Below, piece by piece: positions 42,222-51,743 of a DNA stretch of 64,000 bases. The stretch spans positions 352,001-416,000 of the forward strand of contig CAVOJR010000001.1 in the NCBI GenBank assembly GCA_963696295.1, given 5' to 3'. The translations under genes were made by a program, and so were the position numbers. A model generated the notes under the pieces. That model was not told where the DNA came from, did no database searches, and saw only the letters and a program-made list of their open reading frames with translations. Source of the DNA: an uncultured Chlamydiae bacterium. Lineage in GTDB: Bacteria; Chlamydiota; Chlamydiia; Chlamydiales; JAJFMB01. Position 1 is the stretch's first letter. Every line of letters begins with the position of its first letter.

Positions 42222-43868
42222 ATGAAAACTTTATATAAAATCTGTTTCTTCTTCGCCCTTCTCATCACCTCTTTGCACGCTGCTGAAAGCGATTATTTAT
42301 TTTCGTTCGGAACCTCTAATCAGGGAAACGGCCAATTTTCTCAGCCTGACGGAGTCGCTGTTTATGGGGAGGAAGTTTTTGTGGCCGACTCGGGCAATGA
42401 CCGTGTGCAAGTCTTCGATAAGGCCGGTAATTTCTTGCGGAAATGGGGAGAAAACGGGAATAAGGCAGGGCAATTTTCAAATCCGGGGGATATCGCTGTC
42501 TACGAAGGGGAAGTCTTTGTCGTAGACCAAAACAATAACCGGGTCCAAGTATTTGATACCTCGGGAAACTTCTTGCGTCAATGGACCAGAGACTTTTTTG
42601 GCGAATTCAGACCGGCCGGCATGGCGGTGTTCGAAGGTGAAGTTTATATTACAGATACTCTCAATGATGGTATCCACGTCTTCGACACTAAAGGGACTTT
42701 TTTAAGATATTGGTCCGCCATAGAACCCTCCTCTATTGTGGTTAATAAATATCACGTGTGCGTCTCTTCCAAAGATAGTTTTATGATGATTTTTGACCGC
42801 AAGGGAAGGCTTATAAGAGAGTGGAATAATGAGGATGACGATTTATTTCGCAGGTCGCCAAACCACATCACTTTTTATCAGGGACGGATTTATGCCTGTG
42901 ACGAGTACGACAGCCGAATTCTATGTTACAACTTGGATGGAAAACTTAAAAAAACTTTTGAAATCAAAGGGCATCCGATTGGGATCACCATCCGGCAGGA
43001 TGAAATTTTCGTGACAAGCGAGGATCAGGTTTTTGTCTATAATTTGGAGGGCCATTTCTTGCGGAAATGGGGAACTTCTAAAACAAAAGAGGGGGAACTT
43101 AACAGGCCAACAAACATAGCCGTAGAGGGGGAAGAAGTTTATGTCCTCGACACAGGCAATCATCGCGTGCAAGTTTTCGATCAATTGGGCAATTTCTTGA
43201 GAAAGTGGGGCGCTAAGGGAGAAGAGGAAGGGGAATTTGATTTTCCCTTTGGGATAGCCGTAGAGAAAAGCAAGGTGTTCATCGCCGATACGTTCAACAA
43301 CCGCATACAAGTATTCGATAAAATGGGCAATTTCGTGACTCAATGGGGCGAGGAAGGAGATGACGAGGGGGAATTTGACTTCCCGGTATCCATTGCCGTC
43401 GATCAAGGCGAAGTCTATGTGGCGGATGTAGAAAATAAACGCATTCAAGTCTTCAATCAATCAGGCAAATTTTTGCGCGAATGGGAAGTTATCTGCGAGG
43501 GTATAAGATCCATCGCCGTTCACGCAGGCAGGGTATATCTCACAGACGTAGAAAGCCACCTGATCAAGATCTATGACACGAGCGGGGATCTTCTGGATGA
43601 ATTCCTGCATGATAATTTCTTCCCCTGGGGTCTCGCTGTGCACCAGGAGTCTCTTTTTGCGATAGATGCTGATACGGTGCAAATACTGGATCTTTCGGGA
43701 AATCTGGCTGGAAAATTGGAAAATAAGGAGGTCATTGGAAATCCTTATGGCTTAGCCGTGAATGACCATTTGATCTATATCACTGACACCAAAAAGGATA
43801 AAGTGCATGTCTTTTCTAATCCGTCCGGCCAAGCCCCTTTATGCGGCTTTTTTCAAACATCCAAATGA
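42222..43868 (+). CDS. exported NHL-repeat beta-propeller protein
   Basis: Signal peptide MKTLYK..LHA; repeated FxxPxGIAVxxxEVYVADxxNxRIQVFD. Confidence 0.9.
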   Translation: MKTLYKICFFFALLITSLHAAESDYLFSFGTSNQGNGQFSQPDGVAVYGEEVFVADSGNDRVQVFDKAGNFLRKWGENGNKAGQFSNPGDIAVYEGEVFVVDQNNNRVQVFDTSGNFLRQWTRDFFGEFRPAGMAVFEGEVYITDTLNDGIHVFDTKGTFLRYWSAIEPSSIVVNKYHVCVSSKDSFMMIFDRKGRLIREWNNEDDDLFRRSPNHITFYQGRIYACDEYDSRILCYNLDGKLKKTFEIKGHPIGITIRQDEIFVTSEDQVFVYNLEGHFLRKWGTSKTKEGELNRPTNIAVEGEEVYVLDTGNHRVQVFDQLGNFLRKWGAKGEEEGEFDFPFGIAVEKSKVFIADTFNNRIQVFDKMGNFVTQWGEEGDDEGEFDFPVSIAVDQGEVYVADVENKRIQVFNQSGKFLREWEVICEGIRSIAVHAGRVYLTDVESHLIKIYDTSGDLLDEFLHDNFFPWGLAVHQESLFAIDADTVQILDLSGNLAGKLENKEVIGNPYGLAVNDHLIYITDTKKDKVHVFSNPSGQAPLCGFFQTSK

Positions 43869-44598
43869 AAAATAGAATGGCTAAGGTGAGATAGATCAGA
43901 TTCAACAGAAGGCTATAGCAAAGATAGGATACAGGAAGGGGTGAGCCGCTTAACAACTTTCTCATCCCTTCAAAGACATAAGTCGTGGGCAGACACCAGG
44001 AAACCTTCTGCGCCCAAGGAGGAAGGATTTCCACCGGATAGAAAACGGCGCTAAACGGGGCGAATAAAAAGCCCATCGTCCAGGCCAGCATTTCCACCTG
44101 GTGCCCGAAATAGATGATGAACCCGGAGGAGGTAAAGCCAAGCGCCCACCCGAAGATAAGCAACAGGGCGGCAAAGGGGAGGAATACCCATCCGATGGCA
44201 AAGATATTCAATGAGTAAAGAACCCACACCATCAAGGTTCCAAAGGCGATCGTCACGGCTAATTTACCTAAGCAAAGCAGGATCACTCCCCCAATCCATT
44301 CGGAAATTTTCACAGGTGTCGAGAAGAGGTTGACCAGATTGCGGTGCCAAAATTCCTGGAGGATGTTGATCGAGATATCCATCGAGCCGCGCAGCGCAAT
44401 CTGCCAAAAAATAAGCGCTGTCATCAAAACCAGCGGAAGATTGGAAATGTGACTTTGATTTGTTATCCAGATGGAAGTTAAACCCCACAACAGAATGTCA
44501 ATCAGGGGCCAATAAAAAAGGTCTGCCAGCTGGATGGGTCCTTTCAACAGGTTGTAATAATACCGTAAAAATACCCCTTTTATTCTGCTTAGTTTCAT
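43816..44598 (-). CDS. ABC-2 type permease
   Basis: Multiple TMs; FSAVFYPVEILPPWAQKVSWCLPTTYVFEGMR. Confidence 0.9.
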   Translation of the reverse strand: MKLSRIKGVFLRYYYNLLKGPIQLADLFYWPLIDILLWGLTSIWITNQSHISNLPLVLMTALIFWQIALRGSMDISINILQEFWHRNLVNLFSTPVKISEWIGGVILLCLGKLAVTIAFGTLMVWVLYSLNIFAIGWVFLPFAALLLIFGWALGFTSSGFIIYFGHQVEMLAWTMGFLFAPFSAVFYPVEILPPWAQKVSWCLPTTYVFEGMRKLLSGSPLPVSYLCYSLLLNLIYLTLAILFFIWMFEKSRIKGLGRTD

Positions 44599-45527
44599 GC
44601 GTTCTTCTTGGCGATTTGGAGGAAAAAGTTCTCTAAAGAGGGTTCCTCGATTTTTATGGAAGCGTAATTGACGTTATTTTGACTGAGAGCGTGTAAAAAT
44701 TCAGGAATCACCTCTTCGTCTATCAAAATTTCGACCATCCTGTGATCGACGGTAGAGGGGAGTTTCCTCTCCTTAGCCAGGGCGACGGTCCTCTTCAATC
44801 CGTCGGTTATGAGCAATCGGATACTATATGTAGAGACGCTTTTCGCCAGATTTTTGGGAATATCATCCGCTATGATTTTGCCCTTCTTTAAAAAGATGGC
44901 GCGATCGCACACTTCCATCACCTCTTCCATTTTGTGGGAAGTGAAGAGGATCGACACTCCCCTTTTATCTCTTTGCTCCAAAAGAAAGGAGCAGATATCG
45001 CGGGCGATGTCGGGATCAAGCGAGGCGGTGGGCTCATCCAGAAGAATGATTTTCGGCAGCGTGAAGAAGGCTTTAACCAGCATCAGGCGGGTCGCTTGCC
45101 CGGCTGACAGGGAGGTCACCTGATGGTGTTTTTTCTCCCCAATGCCGAAGCGCTCAAGGAGGGGTTCATAGCTTTTCCGGCTCTCATGCTTATTCATCCC
45201 GTAAAGATAGCCGAACACTTCGAGATTCTCGGCAATCGACAACAACCCGGGCAGGCTGGTGTAGGTGCTCGCAAAAGAGACATGCTGCAGAACTTCGGAG
45301 CGATGCCGAAAAAAATCTTTGCCAAAGTAGGTAATGCTCCCGGAGGTTGCCGTCAAGGTTCCCAGCAGCATTTGAATCGTGGTCGTCTTTCCCGATCCAT
45401 TGGGCCCAAGAAGCCCTAAGATCTCCCCCTCTTTCAAATCAAAGGAAATATCATCTACGGCAATGCAGGGAGTCTTGCCGGCATACGCCTTCCTCAAGTT
45501 TCGAATAGATAAGACAGGTGGTTTCAT
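44595..45527 (-). CDS. ABC transporter ATP-binding protein
   Basis: GPNGSGKTT, LSAGQ, LLDEPT, TSH. Confidence 0.92.
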   Translation of the reverse strand: MKPPVLSIRNLRKAYAGKTPCIAVDDISFDLKEGEILGLLGPNGSGKTTTIQMLLGTLTATSGSITYFGKDFFRHRSEVLQHVSFASTYTSLPGLLSIAENLEVFGYLYGMNKHESRKSYEPLLERFGIGEKKHHQVTSLSAGQATRLMLVKAFFTLPKIILLDEPTASLDPDIARDICSFLLEQRDKRGVSILFTSHKMEEVMEVCDRAIFLKKGKIIADDIPKNLAKSVSTYSIRLLITDGLKRTVALAKERKLPSTVDHRMVEILIDEEVIPEFLHALSQNNVNYASIKIEEPSLENFFLQIAKKNA

Positions 45528-45625
45528 GATTGTGAGATATTTTACGAAAAGGGTTCCATAATATTCAATCTTTATTTCATGCTCTCAGCGTAATAAATTT
45601 CGAAGGATTGAGTGTTCAGGAAGCC

Positions 45626-47236
45626 TCAATCGGAAGGTGAGTTCATAAATTTTACAAAGTCGAGTAAGGCCTCGCTCGCAGAAACACGCTCTTCCGGATC
45701 GACTCTCAGCATTTTAGAAATAAGCCCCCAAAGGGAAGCATAGTCGGGGGTTTTTACTTTCCAGGCAGCGATATCCCCGTCGATGGAATCTTGCTGAAGG
45801 TCGGATAAATGACCATCATAAAAGCCTCCTTTTGAACCTTTTAAAAAAAGATCATTAATAGACTGTAATGGAGGAGTAATTATTCCAACAATTCGATCTT
45901 TTTTTGATATTTGAACAACATCTATTCTTCCAGTGAGAAGAGACGTGAAAATAAGTCCCAATGCCCATACATCCCTTTTTTGACCGATGGGAGGGAGTTT
46001 TTTCTTAAATTCATCACTCACAGCAATAGGAGGAGTACCGGGGCCGTTAGGATAAACCTGGCCTCGCAATTTCACCTCTGCAGGCGAAAGATACCCGATC
46101 GTCCCATTTCCAGGAGCAAAATTTCCCGAAACCCCAAAATCGATAAGCACAGCTTCCCATTTCCCCTCTGACTTCCGCAATAGAATATTGGAAAGATTGA
46201 TATCTAAATGGGTGGCTTTAGGAAAGGTTCTTGTTGTAATACCTTCTAAATCAATTGTGACTTCAGTTGGCGTAAAGGCATGGAGCGCGGAAAGACCCGT
46301 CAGCAGCTGCTGCATGATGGAGAGCACATCTTCCTTTTTTTTTATATGCCCCAAGAGATTTCGAAGGGTTCCTTCAAAAACCGGCTCAATGATATGATCG
46401 CTTTTAAATCCCGGATCTTTTGATAAAATATCCTGCACCGGTTCGATACCGGGCACCGGATTTTTTTTAAAATGGAGCAAAACAAGTTTTTCGATAGAGT
46501 TGGAAAGACATTTCTTTCGGACTGAGAATTCCCCGGTCATAAGGTCGTAACACCTTTTCACCTTTCTTTCCCCCCCTTTGGCAATGATCTCTTTGCTCCA
46601 TAACATAATCCGGCTCAATCTCCTGGGAGATTCCCTAATCACTTTGACAGTAATGGGAACATCAAACTCATTTTTAAGAGTAGTGTTATGAAACAGTTGT
46701 AATTTACGCTTAGTTCCCCCCTCTGATTTGACTTTGCTGCATATAAGAGTATGATTGTCCCCTTCTTCTCCAAAAGCTAATGGAACAACCTCGGAAAGGG
46801 CTTTTTCAAGGAAAGTTTTTTGACTATCAGTAAGACCGAGTTTGGCAGCATCAGCCGGCCATTTCATGGGTAATGGGGGAAGCAGACTATCAAAATCACA
46901 CGAGCCGACCTCATATTTGTAATTAGTTTTTTTCAGTAAAGGTTCGTAAAATTTTTTCTTAAAGCCTTCAAGAGAGGCATCGTCCAGAAATTCTTTATTA
47001 GCTTTGAAATAGGAAAAAAGGCTCTTGGCCACATTATTGACACGCACATGGCTGTATAGATCAATGCCAATTAGAGCAAGAAAGGGGCGGAACAGGCAAA
47101 GCAGCCTCCACTTAAAGCCCCCTTTTTGGACCACCTCCAGACGGTCGTTAATGAGTTGGCGCTGGTTAAGAGCGTTTTCGAACCCTGTTATCTTTCTTAA
47201 AAAATCATCTTTATTTTTTTCGGCAGAAAAAATCAC
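45626..47236 (-). CDS. Hanks-type Ser/Thr protein kinase
   Basis: IAKGGERKV, VRKK, HLDINLSNILL, IDFG, GTIGYLSP, DVWALG, DPEERVSA; GTG start overlapping the upstream TGA. Confidence 0.85.
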   Translation of the reverse strand: MIFSAEKNKDDFLRKITGFENALNQRQLINDRLEVVQKGGFKWRLLCLFRPFLALIGIDLYSHVRVNNVAKSLFSYFKANKEFLDDASLEGFKKKFYEPLLKKTNYKYEVGSCDFDSLLPPLPMKWPADAAKLGLTDSQKTFLEKALSEVVPLAFGEEGDNHTLICSKVKSEGGTKRKLQLFHNTTLKNEFDVPITVKVIRESPRRLSRIMLWSKEIIAKGGERKVKRCYDLMTGEFSVRKKCLSNSIEKLVLLHFKKNPVPGIEPVQDILSKDPGFKSDHIIEPVFEGTLRNLLGHIKKKEDVLSIMQQLLTGLSALHAFTPTEVTIDLEGITTRTFPKATHLDINLSNILLRKSEGKWEAVLIDFGVSGNFAPGNGTIGYLSPAEVKLRGQVYPNGPGTPPIAVSDEFKKKLPPIGQKRDVWALGLIFTSLLTGRIDVVQISKKDRIVGIITPPLQSINDLFLKGSKGGFYDGHLSDLQQDSIDGDIAAWKVKTPDYASLWGLISKMLRVDPEERVSASEALLDFVKFMNSPSD

Positions 47237-47910
47237 GACAACCCCCCGCCGCCGTAGTAGTAATAGCGGCAACTCTCATAATAACTTTCCAGCACGCTCT
47301 GTTTGAACGTGGCATAAAGCAGGGAAATATGGGGGTAAAATTCTTTTCTCTTTTCTAAGACAAAGGCTCTCATCTGCTGCGCCTTTAGATAATTGTCATT
47401 TTGGAAGCTCCGCATAGGACTTGCAAAGTTATTGTCCGGCTGAGAGAGAATTTCCAGCCCTTCAGTGACATCTATCCAGCCGAAGAGGAATAGGGCGTCA
47501 TATAAACCCCAAACTTCGTGCACTAAAGTTTTACCCGTCAAATCGTCCACCTTCATTTTCAACAGGCTGACAACTTCCTGTTGCGAGAAATTTTCGAGTC
47601 TCCACTGCAGAGTCCGGCATATAAAACAATATCCTTCTATCAAATCCTCGCTTATATAAGGGGAGGAATTCCGGCTCGGAGAGGGTAAACCTCTGTCCCG
47701 AAAAAATTGGTCATTTGTCAGTTCGTATATTTTGTTGTTTTTCCACTTCCCCAGCTCTTTCCATCCAGCGGTAATTAATTCGCTGATTTCTCTGTTACTG
47801 AAATTTTCAAGCAAGGGCCTGAGCGACCCTTCCGCTCCAACGACATCTTTAGCCGATAGGGGAAAATAATCAGTTCCGTAAGGATGGACGAGGAGCTCCT
47901 TGAGAACCAT
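47233..47910 (-). CDS. hypothetical protein
   Basis: 225-aa ORF coupled to the kinase gene. Confidence 0.6.
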   Translation of the reverse strand: MVLKELLVHPYGTDYFPLSAKDVVGAEGSLRPLLENFSNREISELITAGWKELGKWKNNKIYELTNDQFFRDRGLPSPSRNSSPYISEDLIEGYCFICRTLQWRLENFSQQEVVSLLKMKVDDLTGKTLVHEVWGLYDALFLFGWIDVTEGLEILSQPDNNFASPMRSFQNDNYLKAQQMRAFVLEKRKEFYPHISLLYATFKQSVLESYYESCRYYYYGGGGLS

Positions 47911-47958
47911 AAAACCCCATTAAATTAACCCGGAGGAGGGCATAATAATAGTGTTCAA

Positions 47959-48495
47959 TTAAAAACTCAACGGTATTTTCAACTTCATTAAGGACAGCGT
48001 AACGGGGCGTTTTAATGCGTCCTCCGAGGCGATGTTTTTATGGAATTCAAAACCGCATTTTTGGAACATCCTTTTCGAGGCGCTGTTGCGCTCATCGGGG
48101 TCGGCAAAACACCAGGAATATTTGGGCCAGATCTCTTTTTCAAGAAATGCTAAGACGATTTGGGAGCCGAGCCCCTTCCCTATCATTTCCGCCTCGCCTA
48201 GAAAAAGATCCAGACCCGCCGCCGTTTTGCTGACCTCCTCCCTGATCTCCTGATCCGGCCAGGGGTGCTCCTCTATGGGGCAGTATTGAATGTACCCGAC
48301 CGGTTTTTTTCCCATATAAATGATAAAGGCGAACACGCTCCTTTCTTTCTCGAGGACGGGCTGGAGCTTTTTCAGGACCTCCTCTTCGCTCCATTCGCGC
48401 AAGGAAAAAAAGGCCTGCACATGGGGCGTATTGAACCAGCGGTGGATCAAGGGGATATCCTCATAGGTTATGGGGTGGAAAGTAAACTTTTTCAT
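47959..48495 (-). CDS. GNAT N-acetyltransferase (AAC(6')-like)
   Basis: WFNTPHV, PVGYIQY, GLDLFLGE..GKGLG, DPDERNSASKRMFQKCGF. Confidence 0.85.
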   Translation of the reverse strand: MKKFTFHPITYEDIPLIHRWFNTPHVQAFFSLREWSEEEVLKKLQPVLEKERSVFAFIIYMGKKPVGYIQYCPIEEHPWPDQEIREEVSKTAAGLDLFLGEAEMIGKGLGSQIVLAFLEKEIWPKYSWCFADPDERNSASKRMFQKCGFEFHKNIASEDALKRPVTLSLMKLKIPLSF

Positions 48496-48539
48496 GTTTA
48501 TGATATTACCAAAATTGGAAAATTTGATATACTATTAAT

Positions 48540-49355
48540 ATGCTAAACTGGAATGAGATAATTAAAAATTATATTATTAAACACTCCAACCGGATAAGTA
48601 AAACCACGCGCCCATTGCACGATCACTTCGGCATAGCCTATTTCACCTATCACCGCATCGACAACGCCGGGAAATACACCGTCCTGGTAGACCGCCCCAA
48701 CTGGGCGGAATACTATGTGGGCGCCGAGATTTTTCGGATCGACCCCTACTTGAAGCACCCCTCGGTCTATCAAGCCGGCATGAGTCTTTTCGACAGCCAT
48801 GGCTCGAAGGAATATAAAGAAAATGTGACAAAAGCGGGAAAAGAGGTACTCGATGTCGATCTTGGAGCAATCCTTATTCAAAAAAACAATCAATGTGTGG
48901 AGTTTTTTGGATTCTCTGCCAATAAAGAGAGAAGCTCGCTGCAAAACCTCTTCCTCAACCATTCCCATCTCTTAAAATCGTTCGCCCAGCATTTCAAAAA
49001 TGAGCTTGGCAGCGTGCTGAATCAGATGGAACAGGAGGCCGCCTCGCTGCTCGACCTGGGGACGGACTTCAATAATCCTGATCCCATCGCACCCGACATC
49101 TCCTCCGACGTCCGCCTGGCTTATTATAAAGACTTAGGAATGATAAGCGGCGCGGAAAAGCTCTCCCCAAGAGAGCGGGAATGCCTGAAATTGCTCATCG
49201 AAGAGAAATCGGCCAAAGAGACCGCCGTTGCCCTTGGTTTAAAGCCGAGGACTGTGGAATTTTATTTTGAAAACATCAAAGACAAACTCACCTGCTGGAG
49301 CAAGCAGGAAGTACTAAAAATTGCCCGAAATTGGAATGAACTAGGGCTTCTCTAA
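48540..49355 (+). CDS. LuxR-family transcriptional regulator
   Basis: C-terminal LSPRERECL..SAKETA..PRTVEFYFENIKDKL; N-terminal ligand-binding-like domain (WAEYY..IDPYL). Confidence 0.88.
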   Translation: MLNWNEIIKNYIIKHSNRISKTTRPLHDHFGIAYFTYHRIDNAGKYTVLVDRPNWAEYYVGAEIFRIDPYLKHPSVYQAGMSLFDSHGSKEYKENVTKAGKEVLDVDLGAILIQKNNQCVEFFGFSANKERSSLQNLFLNHSHLLKSFAQHFKNELGSVLNQMEQEAASLLDLGTDFNNPDPIAPDISSDVRLAYYKDLGMISGAEKLSPRERECLKLLIEEKSAKETAVALGLKPRTVEFYFENIKDKLTCWSKQEVLKIARNWNELGLL

Positions 49356-49591
49356 CTCGTTTGGTCAGATTTCAAACTTTTGTTTGTTTTTACCGCTGCC
49401 CTGTGCTGGTCGCCCAGCTCGATTGCTTTGGCTAATTGGGATTGATAAACATTGGTAACACGGTTTGCATAGTCGGCTTTGCTATATTGACCCGTATCCA
49501 TTTTAGGAACAGCAGACTCACGGGCTATTAATCCTCTCAAGGCTTCCATATCCGAACCCTCTAGTTGTGATTCGGAAATATGATAAAGCAT
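49352..49591 (-). CDS. small hypothetical protein (paralog of 49615-49839)
   Basis: MEALRGL..GQYSK.DY..LAKAIELGDQ. Confidence 0.6.
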   Translation of the reverse strand: MLYHISESQLEGSDMEALRGLIARESAVPKMDTGQYSKADYANRVTNVYQSQLAKAIELGDQHRAAVKTNKSLKSDQTS

Positions 49592-49614
49592 CCCCCTAGT
49601 TAATGCAAGAAGAA

Positions 49615-49839
49615 TCAGTTTAAAAGTAAATTAACCTTACAGTGGCAAGCATTTGCAATATTTTGTTTTTGTTTATTCATTTGCCTGGTGGCTTCTATGT
49701 TTTGGTCTCCTAAAAGAATGGCTTTTCCTATTTGTTCTGCTCTTTGATTTACGAGTTGCTTTTGGTACTCATCCTTAGAATATTGACCTGAAAAATGTGT
49801 CGGCGGTTCTGAATCTACTAAACCTCTAATGGCGTCCAT
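49615..49839 (-). CDS. small hypothetical protein (paralog of 49352-49591)
   Basis: MDAIRGL..GQYSKDEY..IGKAILLGDQ; RBS AAGGAAG. Confidence 0.65.
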   Translation of the reverse strand: MDAIRGLVDSEPPTHFSGQYSKDEYQKQLVNQRAEQIGKAILLGDQNIEATRQMNKQKQNIANACHCKVNLLLN

Positions 49840-49909
49840 GTTTTTTCTTCCTTAATTTTTAAAGGGATGGTTTGAGCAAGATACTGTTGATATCCCATGC
49901 TGTTTGCTC

Positions 49910-51637
49910 TTAATAACTCTTTACATTATAATCTTCTTCCATGGCTATCTGGACCAATTCTTTGGTAAACTGAAAAACATCGGTAATCGATCCCGGATAA
50001 TGAATCATCGTCGATATGGCAAGGGATGCTAATTCAGGGCCGCATTCTTTAATGGTTTGAATACATTTTTTTCTTCTGGCGGGATCGTTTCTATATTCCT
50101 CATCCGCCCATCCGATAAGAGAACGAAGTTGTTGAGGAGGAAGGACTTTTCCTTTAGCGGCAACATCTTCGAACAGCTCCACCACATTCTGCGGCTTATG
50201 TCCCAAAAGCAACTCTAAATTGGAATCGGACACATCCATAGGATGAGCCATTTGACTCTCCACTCCCCTGTAAGCATAATTAGTGGCATGTCCAATATTG
50301 ATAGTATCGCAAATTTTTTCTGTTATTTTCAGCGGAAGAACAAAGGGGCGTGGCTGATTTCCATAAGCTTTAGTCATCGCTTCTGTCAATTCGGCGGAAT
50401 TGGTCATGTGCCCAACAGCTGTTACAACAAATTTTCCATCGACACAAGCTGAGAAAGCTTCTCCAATATCATTAGATGAGGTGACGGGCAGCGGGATATT
50501 CCCGCCCCCTAAAGGCTGAATGGGGAGAAAAGCTGTGAAGGCAAGGCCGAAGGCTGTTGATTTACGAGTAGGAGCTCCGGGGCCGTCAATATAAGGCACT
50601 CTGATGAGGGTGCAATTGGTCGGCCCATATTGCAGCACTCTTTTTTCTTCTTCCTTTTTGAACTTTGCATAAATATCATCGGGAAGCATATCGACAACGG
50701 GGGAAGAAGCCGCATTCAATTGTATTCTTATGCCCATTTTATTTCCCTGGGTAGTTTCAAATTGGGCAGCCGCTTTGGCAATCATTTCACTCCGGTTAAG
50801 AGCTTTATCATAAGCTTCCTTGCAATTTTGCTGTACGGGTACGCCTAACAGGTTGTTAAATTGAACCTCTTTTTTCCCGGTTGAAACTTTTGTTATTAAA
50901 TTGACCCACTCATCTTGGCTGGTTGGAGTTAAGACATAATGGAGGCGTTCTAACTGCTTGGGTGTCAATTTTTTGATTATCTCAGCCATTTCAGGCGTGT
51001 CATAAGGGTTTTCCTTTCTTGAAGTAAAAGTCACATCAAAACCGCTTTTCAGGGCCTGAATGATACTATAATAGGCAATGTCTCCCGTTCCCCCTGCAAT
51101 GAGGACAGCCACTTCTTCTGGATGGTTAACATAGTGGTTTTGATGAATGACAGCAGAGGAAGCCGATCCATCCGGAAGCTTGGAAACAACGGCAACATCT
51201 TTTTCAGGTTTGAGCTCTACAGGTTTAATCTCCTCTTCATAGATATCAATTATTTGAGCTATCCCTTTATGCCTGGCATTAGAATTGGCATAGTCATGGG
51301 CAAGGGCTGCGGCGCCTAAAAGACCCACTCCAGCGGCCGCTTTGGTCCCGGTACCGGCGCCCTTCCCCGATTGTTTGGGGTTGGGGAGTCCTGTAGGGAA
51401 TTTGACTTGCGGTTTAATAAGCTCGAGCTCTTTTATTCTGAAATTGAAGGGGCGGGCTTGTGGTATACTGAGAGGTGTAGCGTGGAAATTTCGGGCGCTG
51501 TTTTCGAAGAGAGTGGTTTTGGCAACCTTGCCCGTATTGGTTATTGTTCTGGGAACCCCTTTTGTTAGGCCGTTTCTAAGGGCGTAGCCCATGGTGACCA
51601 TTATTCTTTCTGCCGGACCTCTGATAATATTTAACAT
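49910..51637 (-). CDS. atypical SDR/Rossmann protein with long N-terminal extension
   Basis: VLIAGGTGDIA, YAKFKKEEE, LIRVPYIDGPG; basic N-terminus with ARNFHAT and hydrophobic AAAGVGLLGAAALA. Confidence 0.65.
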   Translation of the reverse strand: MLNIIRGPAERIMVTMGYALRNGLTKGVPRTITNTGKVAKTTLFENSARNFHATPLSIPQARPFNFRIKELELIKPQVKFPTGLPNPKQSGKGAGTGTKAAAGVGLLGAAALAHDYANSNARHKGIAQIIDIYEEEIKPVELKPEKDVAVVSKLPDGSASSAVIHQNHYVNHPEEVAVLIAGGTGDIAYYSIIQALKSGFDVTFTSRKENPYDTPEMAEIIKKLTPKQLERLHYVLTPTSQDEWVNLITKVSTGKKEVQFNNLLGVPVQQNCKEAYDKALNRSEMIAKAAAQFETTQGNKMGIRIQLNAASSPVVDMLPDDIYAKFKKEEEKRVLQYGPTNCTLIRVPYIDGPGAPTRKSTAFGLAFTAFLPIQPLGGGNIPLPVTSSNDIGEAFSACVDGKFVVTAVGHMTNSAELTEAMTKAYGNQPRPFVLPLKITEKICDTINIGHATNYAYRGVESQMAHPMDVSDSNLELLLGHKPQNVVELFEDVAAKGKVLPPQQLRSLIGWADEEYRNDPARRKKCIQTIKECGPELASLAISTMIHYPGSITDVFQFTKELVQIAMEEDYNVKSY

Positions 51638-51743
51638 ATAATCTCATTAATTACTTACATACATTATACAAATTAATCATTAGCAAAAAAACAATACTAG
51701 ATTAATTTATAATAAAGATATTAAAGTAATTAATGAGGGGTGG

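Noticed and set aside
45626..47910. Single frameshifted kinase gene
   Set aside because: GTGA start/stop overlap at 47233-47236 is consistent with two coupled genes
36055..51700. Intact prophage or ICE at tRNA-Asn
   Set aside because: No integrase, structural or conjugation genes, and no att duplication seen
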